Positions 1-14,600 of a DNA stretch of 64,000 bases are shown here, one piece after another. Under the pieces are notes generated by a model. The model saw only the letters and a list, made by a program, of their open reading frames with translations, made no database searches and was not told the origin of the DNA. The translations under genes and the position numbers were made by a program. Location: contig CM052817.1 of NCBI GenBank assembly GCA_028534125.1, forward strand, positions 1,924,001 to 1,988,000, written 5' to 3'. How positions within the stretch are numbered: position 1 is the first letter of the stretch; each line of letters opens with the position of its first letter. Origin of the DNA: Lama glama. Taxonomy: Eukaryota.

Positions 1-690
1 ATTCAGTCTGTTAGTATCAGGTGACGCCTGGGGAACACCAGCGTGCGGCTGGGAGGGCGCAGGAGAGACGAGCCAGCAGGCCTTAGTGTTTCTGGGAAAT
101 GGTTTGACCTTGTGACCCAGAGGCTTTCAGGCGTCCATCCACCTAGGACCTCCTTCAGCCGCTTTGCTGACTCCTGTGGCCTGGCGGAGGGGCCGCCCCC
201 GGCCTCCCCACGCGCTTCAGATGAGGGCCTTCACACCCAGTTGATGTTCATGTTTTGGTGTAATGTGAAAAACAGCATTTTGGGGTGACAAAAGAATCAT
301 TGCCTAAGTACTTATTTCTGAAAGTCATCCGCTCCCCTCTTTTGGGACCTGCGAGAGCCCGTCCCCTGTGCTGCCAGGCACTTCCGATGCCAGTGGCCTC
401 AGGTGTGTGGGGGTGTGTGTCTGGGTGTGTGGGGGGGTGTCTGGCTGTGTGTGAGTTCACGCGTGCGCTCGGGCGTTTCTGAGACGACATCCGGGGCCAT
501 GTTCACTTCCTGGCACGTGACTACCCTGCCCTGTAGGTCTCCCGGTCTTGTCGGTTTCCTTCCCGGTCAGGGCTCCTGCGCAGGGCTTCTGTTTCATTGC
601 GTCTTGCATGTTAGGCACGTGCCTTGGACCGCGTCCCATACTTCCAGATGGCGTAACTCGCTTCTTCCTGTCCAAATGTCCTGTCTCCAG

Positions 691-846
691 CTTCTTGTGG
701 TCTCAGACTTGTTCACGGAGCGCAACCAGTTTGAGATGATGTATCTGACGCTCTCAGAGCTGCGGAGGGTGCACCCTTCCGAAGACGAGATTCTCCTTCA
801 GTACCTTGTGCCCGCCACCTGTAAGGCTGCCGCCGTCCTTGGGATG
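691..846 (+). CDS. HTT: Huntingtin coding exon (exon 60 by human numbering, counted back from the last exon)
   Basis: ctccag|CTT acceptor and ATG|gtaagt donor; encodes [52 protein letters not shown] (HTT C-HEAT region); 156 bp, phase 0/0. Confidence 0.96.
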
Positions 847-2518
847 GTAAGTGGTGGGTGCTTGGGGCCTCGGTTGGCTGGCCTAACTTGCATGGTGGAC
901 GACAGAAGTCAGGGGACCTGGTCACAACCTGAGCCTTTGCCCACGTTGCCTGGAGTGTCATATGGGTGAGCCTGTGTGGGGCTCCTGTTCCACCAGGTCC
1001 TCAGGTTGTCACAGTGCCGTCCCCGGGTGGGCTCCACGTGGCCGAGGGGTCCTGGCCGACCACTCCTGCACCGTCACCCACAACCCGCAGCGCCCTTTTC
1101 CCGTCTCCAAGTGCTGCAGGCCCTGTGCTGCCCAGGTGACAGAGCCTCCTCCCGGGACCCTGCCCTCCCACACCCAGAGCTGGACGCGGGTCTGCTCTGA
1201 GCGCGGGGCCAGGCTGACCTTCTTCTGAGCCCTCCTCCCTTATGCCCTGGTTGGTCAGGACCCGCCCGTGTCTGTGCCCCGGTCAGCACACGTGTTGCTG
1301 AATGGACGTCACGTTAGACACATGAAGTACTTACCGTGGGCTCTGCCACTTCTTAGAGTGTATTAAAAATGTGACCCCATCTGCCTGAGGAGGCCAAGGC
1401 CGGGCATTAGGTACTTGCTCCTGACCAGCCGGGACTGGACAGACGTGGGGCCTGAGCTGCTGTCTCTATGGGGGCCCTGACCCTCACCTCCTTCCCAACT
1501 GCTCCCCTCTAGAATTTCTCCCTCTTAGCCAAGGCCCAGAGCATGTGTCATCCTTCCTGGATGGCCTTCAGCGCCGGTGCCACCATCCAGGGAACAGGGA
1601 CAGTGAGTCCCTTGGCGCTCCTCCATGAGCACAGCTCTTCAAAATGTGTGCCCTCTGGGTGTGGAGAGGGATGTGACAGCAGCTGGACTTGAAGGGGCCT
1701 TTCGTCTTTGCGGGAGTTTCAGCTGCTGGTAATTGTGCCTTTGTGCTCAGGCCTGGATCCCCGCAGGCAAGTGAGGTATCGTCAGTAAATCGAATGAGGA
1801 ATCATTGTTTTTTAAAAAGAGGCTGAGGCCGGGTGTCGCTGGGCTGCAGTGGTAGTGTGGTCTCCCTCAGGATGCGGCCTAAGGCCGCGACCTGTGCCCC
1901 CTGGTGCAGCATCAGCATTCCAAAGCTTGTCTAGAGACATTGCCCCAGGGTTGTGGGAGCCGCACCCTCCTGCGGGTCCTGGTGGTGTCTGGAGGCGTTG
2001 GCTTGGTGTGGGCGGGAGGAGGAGCCTGGCACTGTCCTCCCGCCTGGACTGCAGGATCTCGTCTAGGGAGGGTGTGGGCCGAGCGGCCTCTGTGGTTTTG
2101 CAGAGTGAGGCGAGGCCCTCAGCCAGCAGTCGTGGCGAGTCCCTAGGCAGGGCGGCCGTCTGTGAAACCGCCGTGTCTGCCTCACCTCTGCGCTTGACGC
2201 AGTCGTCTTCCCTGGGGAGGATCAGGTGCGGGGACTCAGATGTCTCCTTTACTCTGTCCTGGTTAGGATGCTGAATGAGACTGGACGTCTTGGTCCACGT
2301 TAGTATAAACTGTGGTTGGGGTTCCCCAGGGCCATGCCTGGGTCTTTCTCAGAGGGACACGCGGGGCGAGGTCCAGAGAGGAAACAGGCACCGCTCCCAG
2401 AACCCTGACCCATGGAGTCACACCAGGCACGCTCAGTCCCCCGGTGACACACTGTGACAGCACATGTGGAGTGCTGTCCCCAGGGAGGGTCCTTAGAGAC
2501 TCAGCACCAGGGCTCTTA

Positions 2519-3018
2519 NNNNNNNNNNNNNNNNNNNNNNNNNNNNNNNNNNNNNNNNNNNNNNNNNNNNNNNNNNNNNNNNNNNNNNNNNNNNNNNNNN
2601 NNNNNNNNNNNNNNNNNNNNNNNNNNNNNNNNNNNNNNNNNNNNNNNNNNNNNNNNNNNNNNNNNNNNNNNNNNNNNNNNNNNNNNNNNNNNNNNNNNNN
2701 NNNNNNNNNNNNNNNNNNNNNNNNNNNNNNNNNNNNNNNNNNNNNNNNNNNNNNNNNNNNNNNNNNNNNNNNNNNNNNNNNNNNNNNNNNNNNNNNNNNN
2801 NNNNNNNNNNNNNNNNNNNNNNNNNNNNNNNNNNNNNNNNNNNNNNNNNNNNNNNNNNNNNNNNNNNNNNNNNNNNNNNNNNNNNNNNNNNNNNNNNNNN
2901 NNNNNNNNNNNNNNNNNNNNNNNNNNNNNNNNNNNNNNNNNNNNNNNNNNNNNNNNNNNNNNNNNNNNNNNNNNNNNNNNNNNNNNNNNNNNNNNNNNNN
3001 NNNNNNNNNNNNNNNNNN
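2519..3018. other. Assembly gap (500 N) in HTT intron 60
   Basis: Run of N. Confidence 1.
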
Positions 3019-3315
3019 CAGGGGCAGGTCCTGCGGGCCCCACTGCGGACACACACCAAACCCCAGCCCCTGAGGGGCGGGTGTCTGCTCAGCGGGTGAG
3101 CCCAGGGGGCCGCCCCATCGGTGAGGGTGCCAGGAGCCCTCCCGACATCCAAGCCCCGGAGCGCCAGCCCAGTGCCAGCCCGGCACCCGGGCCTCGTGGA
3201 GGATGGCGGGCAGCCCCACTGTGAGGACTGCGTTCTGCACGCTGTGGAGTGAGGTTCCCCTTCGTGGCTCCCACCGCGCTGTGGGGCTAGCCTCTGCTGT
3301 GTGCCTTTGCCCTAG

Positions 3316-3507
<192 letters not shown>

Positions 3508-3778
3508 TGAGTTGGGGCTGCCCGGCCTCCTGCTCTTGTGTTCCTCCCGGGCTTTTTCTGGGGTCTGACCAGATGTGGGGGCTCTTAGGACGGGCAGTGA
3601 GAAGAGCAATGTTACTCGTTTCAAAGCGGACGTCAGACTGGGGCCAGAGCGCAGGCAGGAGTTGGCAGGAGCCCAGGCGGGCAGGTAGCCAAGGCGCTGA
3701 GACGGGAGGACGCCGCGTGCCGTCAGACGGGAGCGGCCTGCTGTCTGTGGCTGAACCTGGCTGCTGTCTTGTTTTTAG

Positions 3779-3893
3779 CTGCGTGAACACCCACAGCCAG
3801 CAGCACGTGCTGGTGATGTGCGCCACTGCCTTCTACCTGATTGAGAACTATCCTCTGGACGTCGGGCCAGAGTTCTCTGCATCCATGATCCAG
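3779..3893 (+). CDS. HTT: Huntingtin coding exon 62
   Basis: tttttag|C acceptor and CAG|gtgagt donor; [38 protein letters not shown]; 115 bp. Confidence 0.96.
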
Positions 3894-3897
3894 GTGA

Positions 3898-4527
<630 letters not shown>

Positions 4528-4612
4528 TGAACTCTCGCGTGAGTTCCAGGCCCCGTGTACAGGGCCTGTCCGTTTTACAGTCAGCAGAACTCAGCAGCTT
4601 TGTTTCATTCAG

Positions 4613-4721
4613 GAAAGGAGAAGGCTAGCCCAGGCAGAAGCTCAGGGCCCGGCGCCGCCGCCGCCCCCGACAGCGAGTCTGTGATTGTGGCCATGGAGCG
4701 CGTGTCTGTCCTCTTCGACAG
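4613..4721 (+). CDS. HTT: Huntingtin coding exon 64
   Basis: ttcattcag|GA acceptor and AG|gtgaga donor; (G)[35 protein letters not shown](R); 109 bp, frame consistent with both neighbours. Confidence 0.94.
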
Positions 4722-5682
4722 GTGAGAATGGAGCTGCTGTCCGCGTCCTGCTTGCGTCCTGAGTGTGCTCGGGCCACCCTTGGGGCTCTGTGGGACGCAC
4801 AGCCCCAGGACCCCGCCCCTGGGGCTTCAGAGTCCCGAGCTCCAGGGCCAGCCCAGCACGCGTCCATCTGCTAAAGACGAGGGCAGTGCTGGCTGTGCGG
4901 TGTCGGGAGGGGCGTGCGGACACCTGGAGAACTGGGCGTGGGGCCTGGTCAGTAACACCTATCTGCCAGACCCTGCTGCTTTTGTGCAGAGGAGCCCCAG
5001 GCTCACTCATGTGCCCAGCAGGGCTGCGGACGGGTGGCGCACACGGCCTTTTGGCCACGTTAAAATGGCTCAGGAGGTGTCTTTGGTGGACAAACTTAAA
5101 CAATAAACAAAATCGTATTTGAGAGCTTATGATGATGGCCTGCCCCCCACACGTGTGCCCTTGTGTCTGCACGGCAGGCTGGGTGCCTTATCAGGCTAGA
5201 CCTTGGACAGGGGCCTCTTGGTCCAGGGGACACTGTGTGTCTGTGGGCCTGGGGAAGCCAGGTCTGCACCGCTCACCCTGTCAGCCCTGGCCAGCTCCGG
5301 CAGCAGAGTTCACAAGAGTGCACGCGACAGGACGTAGTCCGTGGTGCTCCAGCCAGGCCGGGTGTCCTGAAAGCTAAGCACAGGGTCTGTTTCCACGTGG
5401 GAATGTAGAAGGGGCGTGTGTGCTCAGGCCCCTGCCCACGTGGAGCCTACACTCCAACGCTTGGTGGCAGCGTTTGGCCTGACCACTCTCCAGATACTCG
5501 GGGGCAGACTCTGGGTTGACAGAAGCTAACTTTCAGTCGTGGGTGTTGTCCAGAGCAGCAGCCTCGCCCGTGCTGGCAACAGCGGGTCTCTGCAGGCAGG
5601 TGGGTCCCAGCACACCCGAAGGAGGCGTGGGCCAGTTTCTGGGTCACTTCAGTGCTTTGCAGTCACACGTAACTCTTCTGCA

Positions 5683-5874
5683 CAGTCGTTTCTCAGAATC
5701 CACGGGGGTTGGTCCTGGGCCCTCCACAAATGCCACAATCCGCCAGCGCGCAGGCCCTTATATAAAGCGGTGCAGCGCCATCCATCCTCTGAGTCCGCGG
5801 GTCCGCATTCACGGAGTCGGCCAGACACCGATGGAGATTCCGACGTGGAACCCGCGGATACAGAGGGCCAGCTG
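5683..5874. mobile_element. Non-autonomous TcMar-Tigger DNA element (MER2/MER8-like MITE)
   Basis: Degenerate terminal inverted repeats cagtcgtttctcagaatccacggg ... cccgcggatacagagggccagctg and internal cccttatataaa resembling the MER2/MER8 consensus as recalled. Confidence 0.7.
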
Positions 5875-6286
5875 CTTGTGCTAATGGGACGGTGGCTTGG
5901 GTAGCATGATGGCCCCCCCCCAGCCTGGAAGGACACTGCTCGAGGGGTGAACCCTAGGGGTCGTTGAGGGGTGTGGGCAGGAAGGCACCCAGGGCCAGGT
6001 CGGTAAGAGGAAGGCTCCTAACACAGTGCCGTGGCGTCAGAACGAGATGCCGAGAAGTTCTGGGAGTTGATGGACGGGGGAGAACAAACCCTCACAGGGG
6101 CGGGTCCTGTGACGTCACTGCCCAGAACAGTTCTGCCGGTTACTACAGGGTCCCTTTTTGGGTGGGGAGCCCGAGCCCTAGCCCTGCTTCCATCCTTGTG
6201 TCACCTGAGGGGGGTCAGTGGTGGAGGCAGTGCCGTCTTGCTCCCCCGTCAGTGTTGGAGGAGACCTGCCATGGCCCTGCTGTTGA

Positions 6287-7643
<1,357 letters not shown>

Positions 7644-7857
7644 CCTTCCCCACGTGGTCAGCAGAATGGGCAAGCTGGAGCGGGTGGACGTGAACCTCTT
7701 CTGCCTGGTGGCCGCGGACTTCTACAGACACCAGATAGAGGAGGAGCTGGACCGCAGGGCCTTCCAGTCTGTGTTTGAGGTGGTGGCGGCACCAGGAAAC
7801 CCATATCAGCGACTGCTGACTTGTTTGCAGAATGTCCACAAGGTTGCCACGCACTGA
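7644..7857 (+). CDS. HTT: Huntingtin terminal coding exon 67 (coding part)
   Basis: [70 protein letters not shown] followed by TGA at 7855-7857. Confidence 0.96.
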
Positions 7858-8412
7858 ATGCCCACGGAGTGGCAGCAGGGTGGCGCCAGGACCTCTGGGA
7901 CCTGTCTGCGCTGGGTGGCTTGGCGCCGTGCGCTTCCCTCTGCCACCCAGGGCGCCGGGCCGCGCCCGCCCTGCCAGGGCCATGAGGCCGTGTGAGGGTA
8001 CACGTGCAGTGATCTTTGGGGTCGAGCCTGAGTCTTCACGGGAGCAAGAGCAGCCGTGTTGCTAACCTTTCACGCTAGAGCTAATGTCAGACGCCAGTTA
8101 ACCGGGTGTTTACCCTCTTCCTAGTGTTCAGCCTGCCCGTGTCGCCAGGTTGCAGCTGCTCCTGCCTCTGCTCAGAGTCCTGGCAGGCTGGCCCTTGGCC
8201 CCTCTGCTGTCCCGCAGGCGGGAGGTGATGCCATCGGGCTTTTGAGAGCCTCTCCTTGTGCCCCTCAGCGAGGCCGGGAGCTGGGGTCTTGGCGCTCCGG
8301 CGTCTGGACTTGACGCCATGGTGTGGGCCAGGTGGGCGGCTGGGAGCACGACACCCCTCGCCGTACCTCCCTGTCTCCATTTTCTTCTCAGGATTTAAAA
8401 TTTAATTATATC

Positions 8413-8418
8413 AGTAAA
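8413..8418 (+). terminator. HTT: Proximal non-canonical poly(A) signal AGTAAA of HTT
   Basis: AGTAAA in an isolated AT-rich patch (ggatttaaaatttaattatatcagtaaagagattaattttaa) about 555 nt after the stop, where the short HTT isoform is expected to end. Confidence 0.75.
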
Positions 8419-11400
8419 GAGATTAATTTTAAGGTAACTTTCTACACCCGTGTACCGTCTGTGCGTTGCCAAGTCTGCCGCGTGCCGCAGCCTCTGCGGA
8501 GGTGGACAGGGCGGTCCCTCCACAAGATGAGCCGCGCTCTGTCTGGCAGGTCCTCTCACCGCTCCCTTTATGCACTCACGTGTAATTAGAACTTAGACAA
8601 GGGCCAGCGTGCAGAGGTCCGGATCAGGAGTCCCACCCCGCCCTGCTACGGGTTGAGAAGGTGCCCGCTCGGCTTTCCTGTGCATGGGCAGCACCCCTCC
8701 ATGCCCACCCGCAGCTCCAAGGTATGGACAGCTCTCAAGTTTCACCCACCAGTAAGGGACAGCTTCCCTTAGCTGACCAGCCAGCCCGCCTGGCTTTGAG
8801 CAGCCTGTTGTATCCAGAGACGCTGTCGTCCCCCGGCTCCTGTCCCCAGCTGGCTTGGGCCTGCGGTCTGCCCAGGGGCTGGCCACCTGGGGTTGGGATC
8901 CACGTCCCATGTGTCCCCTCCTGCGTGTCGGGGCCCAGGCGCATGCCTGGCCCGGCCGCCCCAAGGGTATAACCAGGCTATATCTGCCCCTCATGGTCCA
9001 GAGCAAAGAGACCCCAGCACCTCCTGGGCCCCCTTTCCAGCTCAGCCTGTATGCCACGGTCTCCTCTCAGTGCAGCAGAGTGCAGATCTGTGCCCACTGG
9101 ACGAGTGGCAGGCTCGCCTGGAAAGGGCAGGAATGATCCCAGAGCTGCCCCTTTGGCCCCGGCCGGCCCCTGGACCAGCAGTTTCGGGGCCCAGAGCAGC
9201 CAAATCACCAAATGCAGATGCAGCCCAGACAGTCAGGCGACCCGGTGACCCAGCGCAGGGGCTGGGGGAGTGCTTGGGAGCAGGGCTCTTCAGGTCCCCA
9301 GAGGCGGGCCGGTTGTTGGTCGCCATCGTGCTGGTCAGTTTGGTCAAGAGCTCAAGTGCAGCCAGGTTTTGGGTATTTCACTGGTGAGTGAGGTGATTTC
9401 AAAGTCATTTTCCAGGGTCTGCAAAGGGGAGGAGCCCTCTGGTGTGTGGTTAGCTACCCTCCCGTCTGTCTGCGCGTCCCCACGTCTCACTGCAGCGCGT
9501 GCAGCCAGCGGCCCCCACCCGCCCCTTCCCCACTGCCACTGCTCGAGGCCAGCTGGGCTGCAGAGTGTATGCGTGAGGGTGGCTGCGGGGGCCCCTCCTC
9601 AGAGCAGCCTCTCCTCCCCTGGCCCCCACAGACGCCTCACCCAGCCAGGGCACGAGCTGCAGAAACTGGTTGCGTGTTGGGCAGGACCGTGGAGGAGGGA
9701 CTGCGGCTTTGAACAAGAAGCGACAGGATCAGCCACCGTCTCCCTTTTCATCTGGCCCTGGTGGTCATCCGGCCTTTCCCGTAGCAAGCCCCCTAGGACG
9801 TTCGTGAACATGGAAAGCTCCAGAACGGCCGCCTTGCCGCACGCATTGTTTCAGCAGCTGGGAGAGGGGCGCGGGTGTTGTGTCCTCTTAGACGTTTGCA
9901 CTTGTTGCAGTCACACTGCGAGTGGAAGATCCGGCCTGAACTGAGGAAGCCTGGCCCTGGGCTCAGCTGAGCCTAACTGGTTGTCCCCTCTTCACCATGT
10001 GGACTAAAACCATCAGTTCTTCACCAGGAGGCTTGGGGCCCCGTGCTGGCCATAGGTGCCGACCCAGAGGCTTGCCGGTGCGCTCCCAAAACGGGTGTGG
10101 GTCTTTGAGTGGGATCACTGCCGGTGGGTGCGTGCCCGTGATGGCACGTGTATTTCCAGACACAAGTGCGCGAGGCTTCTAGGAGTGGCTGGTCCGGTTT
10201 TTGTAGAAGCTGACTTTCCCTTGACCTGCCTCGTGGAGTCGGCTCCCTGGCTAAGACGTCTCGGGAGTGGGTCATCGCTCATTAAACCCCACTGAGAGGG
10301 CAGTCCACGCGGTCAGCCCTCTGCAGGAGGGGTTAAGACTGCATCACGCTCCCCTAGAAGTTTGCGGCAAGCACCAATCATGTTCCCAATCCAAGTTTTG
10401 TTGAAAATATCATTAATTTACCATCAGGTTTTGTTTTCTTTGGGGGAAGGAGGGTGTGTTTGGTTTCCTGCTGGCAACATCAGCAGGAAGAGTTTGAGCA
10501 AAACCAGGGTAGAGTCGGTTGGCAGTGCACCTACACGCGTCTTCTCAGAAACGTGCCTCCTCCCGCCGCGGCCCCTCCGAGCTGTGCTGGGCCTTTCCAG
10601 CTGCCAAGTGCCCCTTACTGCTGTGCTCTCCCACTGTTGCCAGCACGCGTGTCCCTCCAGGAGGAGAGAACTGCACTGAGACACGTCCAGACACCCAGAA
10701 CGTAGCATCAGAGGAGGCCCTGCGCCCTGACGGACCCCTCACCACACAGGTCCCTTCACGGTGTCTTGCAAGCCCTCAGGGCCGAGGGGAGCTTAGACGA
10801 GCCCCATGTTGGCTCAGGCAGGACGGACCCGAAACAGCTCTCAGGGAGACCCTCGGGGCTGGGCCGCGTGTGCTGGTCCTGTGTGGTTGGCGGGAGTAGA
10901 TGTCGTGTCTTCTTGGTACCGTGAGCATCTTTTCCTGGCACGTGTCCTGTGCTCTGTGGTGAGTGCCCAAAACTGCAGCCACTGGCCAGGGAGACTCCTG
11001 GTGGTTCTGTCTGCTGGAGTGATGGGTGGGGGTGGGGGCGCCACCTCAAAAGCCGCCGATGCTTGCTGGAGACCCCAGGGGTGGCCATGTGAGAAGGGGG
11101 GCCACCCCCGCTGCCTGGGCGCAGGCTCAGCAGGAAGGGGCCCCTAGGTGGTGGTGACAACCAAAGGTGGCCTGGAAGGTTCGGGGGCACTTCCCATGCG
11201 CCTGTCACTTTTTAGTGCAGCTGAAGGAACTTCTTTCTCCTAAGTGCTTCTGGGACAACCTGGCCCTGGACAGTCAGTGCAGAGTTTCCTGTTGCAAACT
11301 GAGTGACCAGTGGCCCCTGCCGCAGGTGGTTTGTCTGTGAGCCAAGCGGGGCCACCTGTGCCTGCTCGCTGCCTTGCACCGTGTGGAGCAGCTGTCGGCA

Positions 11401-11588
11401 GGGGTTGAGCTCACGCTGTCCCTGCCTGTCCCCACTGTCCCCACCATCCCCCCTGCGCTGGGAGCCGGCAGGGCTGTGATGGGTGCACCCTGGAGCCTGG
11501 CCCAGACCTGTTTCTGAGAGGAGAGGGGAGGATTGACATGAGATGTGTATTTTAACTTTTTAAACTGCTGCAAACGTTGTACATCCAA

Positions 11589-11607
11589 ATTAAAGGAAAA
11601 AATTAAA
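11589..11607 (+). terminator. HTT: Distal poly(A) signals of HTT (two ATTAAA)
   Basis: ATTAAA at 11589-11594 and 11602-11607, preceded by TGTA motifs and a U-rich stretch. Confidence 0.8.
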
Positions 11608-14600
11608 CTGTGAATTGCCGTGTGAGGCCTGCTTTGCTTAAGGACAACCTCGACCCTCCTGAGGAGGAGGCAGGAGCTGCTGCCTCATCCGCATGAGCCC
11701 ACTGCCCTTCCTGTGCCGGGCTGGGCCGGCTGGTGCTTCCTGTGACGGCCCCGGACCACAGCGCAGCCACCCTTCTGCCCAGCGCACAAGGCTGTAAAGC
11801 TGCGGTGGTTCCGTGACAGAGTCTCCACGGGGCTGTGTGGTTTCTACCCTGAATCTCGGCCTCCGCGTTTGGCCCAGGGCCCTGGAGGGGTGTTCGGGGC
11901 TGGCATAGGTCCTGGGGGGCTCGCACAGGGGCCACCACCTGGCTTTTGAGCCCCCTTCATGGCCCGTCTGGCCCTGTCCAGCTCATGGCCCCCATGCCCT
12001 GGGCTCCAGTGTGGTGGTGCTGCCCCATCCATTTGGTAAGTTCTTCCTGCCCCAAACACCAGTTCCTCCTGCAAGTCCTCCACGCAGCTACGTGGGCGCC
12101 ATCCTTAGCTCTGTGAGCCCCTCGTCGGGAGCACCGGCAGTCGGTGCCGTGGTGGTCTCAGAGCACAGGCGCTTTCCTACCAGACAGACCCTAGGCTGTG
12201 GGCTGCCCCAGCAGGTGCTTCGTAACGTTGGCTGAAGTCCCCTCGGTTCCAGAGCATTGACGGGAGTGGGCAGCCTGCAGCCCGACCAAGGAGCCCAGAG
12301 AGACAGGTGGGCATGGACAGCCTGGCCTCTGCACGGAGACAGGGACAGTGTGGTCTTGACCTGCAGACACCAGCTTGTGACTCGTGCGTGGGCTGAAGGT
12401 GTGAGCACTGTGGGCAGAAAGCTGCTTGGAGAGCACTGGCTGCTGGGGCTGTTGGACCAGCCACGCTGGCCCCAGTGCCACCTGGGTCACTCTGCACATC
12501 CCCAACTTAGTCTCCTCCTCTGTGGCAGCTCCAGGGCCCCCGACGGCCTCTCAGCCTTCAGGGCTACCTACGGTCTACCCGCCCCACCCTGGTCCAGGTG
12601 AGGACAGACTGACCCTAGCTGGCACACCTGAGCACACCTGGCCTACCTGTTGTTTCCAGAAAGAAAAGCGCCCCAGATGCCCTGGAAAGAAGCAACAGCA
12701 TGCCCCTCACTCACCCTCCAGCTACTGAGGCACAGGTGCACTCCCCAGGGGGCAAGACCCTGCTTTCCTTCCTGGCCCTAGACCTGAGGGTCCTTCTGGG
12801 TATGGAGGTGCTCGGCCCGTGCCTCACCCCTCAGGGCAGCGTGGCCATGGGCCTGCTTTGTGGAGTCAACTGAGACGCCTTTGGGGAAACAATGAATGTA
12901 TCCTGCAGTTTCCACGAGTTCTCGGGCCCCAAACTGTCCTCCGTCTGGTTGGATGGCTCACCACCTCTGGCCTCCCAAGCAGGAAGCCCCAGGGCCACCC
13001 AGATGTGCTCCCCCATGTCACGTCCTCTAGGGTCCTGGTGTTCCCAGGCCTTCAACTCGCACAGTTCAGGATGGGAGGGACCACCAGCCAGGCCTGCACC
13101 CACCCTGGCCCAGAAGGTGCTCAGGGCATGGGTGGGCCCAGTGGAGCCGTGGAGTCTGGGTGGGAGCCTGCCCACCGGGGCAGAGGACCGAAAGTTAAGG
13201 GTCTGGACTTCCCAAGTACTCGGAGAGGACGGTGGTGCCAGCAGGGGTCATTGCCCCTCTCCGCCCAGTGGTCCATCCTCCAGCCCTGCCCTCCCACCGC
13301 TCTGCCCTGCCTCCCTGCCTGGCCCTGCCCCCAAGCCCCCTGGGCCTCTCCTCTGCCCAGCTCTCTCGCCTTCTGGGACGGGCTCAGCTCCCTGCTGCCT
13401 GCTCCTGGAAGGCTCTGGAGGCCCCCTTCCTGCCCTGGGCTCCCGTGTCAGGGGAGACTGAGGCCTGGAGGGCACCAGCCCCTCCTGAGCACATTCATGG
13501 CCCAGGACGCCCTGCTGAGGCCTGACTCCCCTTCTCCCCACAGGTGCTGCTGGACACCCAGCCCTGGGCCCTCTGCCGCCCTCTGCTGCAGAGACTGAGG
13601 GGCCCAGCGGGCCGTGCAGCTGTGCCAAGGTACGGAGCTCCTCCCCAGCCGAGGACAGGCAGGGCCGCCTGCAGGGCTGCTTGGCCCTGCCTCCCTGAGC
13701 TCCCAGCCTCGCCCCTTCTTGTCCTTGGAGGCCCAAAGCAAGGGCTCTGCTTCAGGGAGCGTCTCCAGGGCTGCCCCTCCAGGGTTCTGGTGCCCCTGAG
13801 GCCTGAGAAGAGACGGAGTCCAGCCTTCTCCCCCAACTCTCCTGGACGGGTCGGCTTCAGGGGAAGGCGGGGGAGGGTGGTGTGCAGCTGCTTCCTCTGG
13901 GGCTGCCTGGTTTTCGGGGCCCTGAGCACAGGTGGTGATGCCATAGGCCAGCTGCTGCTGCTCGGAGGCACTGGGGCCAGCTGTCCTGATGACTGATCAC
14001 CGTCCCCAGCCAGGCCAGCTGCCATCCTCTGCCCAATTCTCCAAAAGCTCCAAGGAGCACTGGGGCCAGGAGGGAAGGGGCAGTGGGTAGAGATCCCAGG
14101 GCCTTGGAGGTGCAGCCAGGCCCTCTGCACACCAGCCCCACATCTAGCAATGGAGACTTACCCAGACAGGAGCTGCTGCTCCCACTGTGGGTGAGGACAG
14201 AGGCTGAGGGGTAGGGGTGACCAGGTCACATGCTGAGTCAGTGGAGCTGGGCTTGAGACCCTGAGCCAGCTCTGCCTGCCTTCCTGTGGACTCCCACCCT
14301 GGTGCAGGGATGCCCTGTGAGGCAGCCCCGCTCTGCCCTTTGGGATGTGGCTGGGGAAGAGTCCTCGGGTGGGGCAGAGAGCCAGCTCTAGGGCCATTTG
14401 GGAGGTCAAATCCTTTGCCTGAGGAGTGGGAGGGCTTCCTGGAAGAGGTGGGCCTTACAATCACTCATTCACTCTGCAAACACTACTGAGTGCTCTGTGC
14501 CAGGTGCCCAGGCCTGGAGGAGCACAGTTGTGAGCCTTTCTAGGGGGTGATGTGCAGCCAGGGGACCACTGAAGCCCAGAGAGGGAGTGGCTTCCACAGA

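Larger units (their letters stand above)
7858..11615 (+). other. HTT: HTT 3' UTR (long form about 3.7 kb, short form about 0.6 kb)
   Basis: Runs from the stop codon to the distal ATTAAA pair; HTT is known to have short and long 3' UTR isoforms; exact cleavage site is approximate. Confidence 0.75.

Noticed and set aside
5757..5768. TATATAAAG as a TATA box in HTT intron 64
   Set aside because: It is part of the MER2/MER8-like element consensus.
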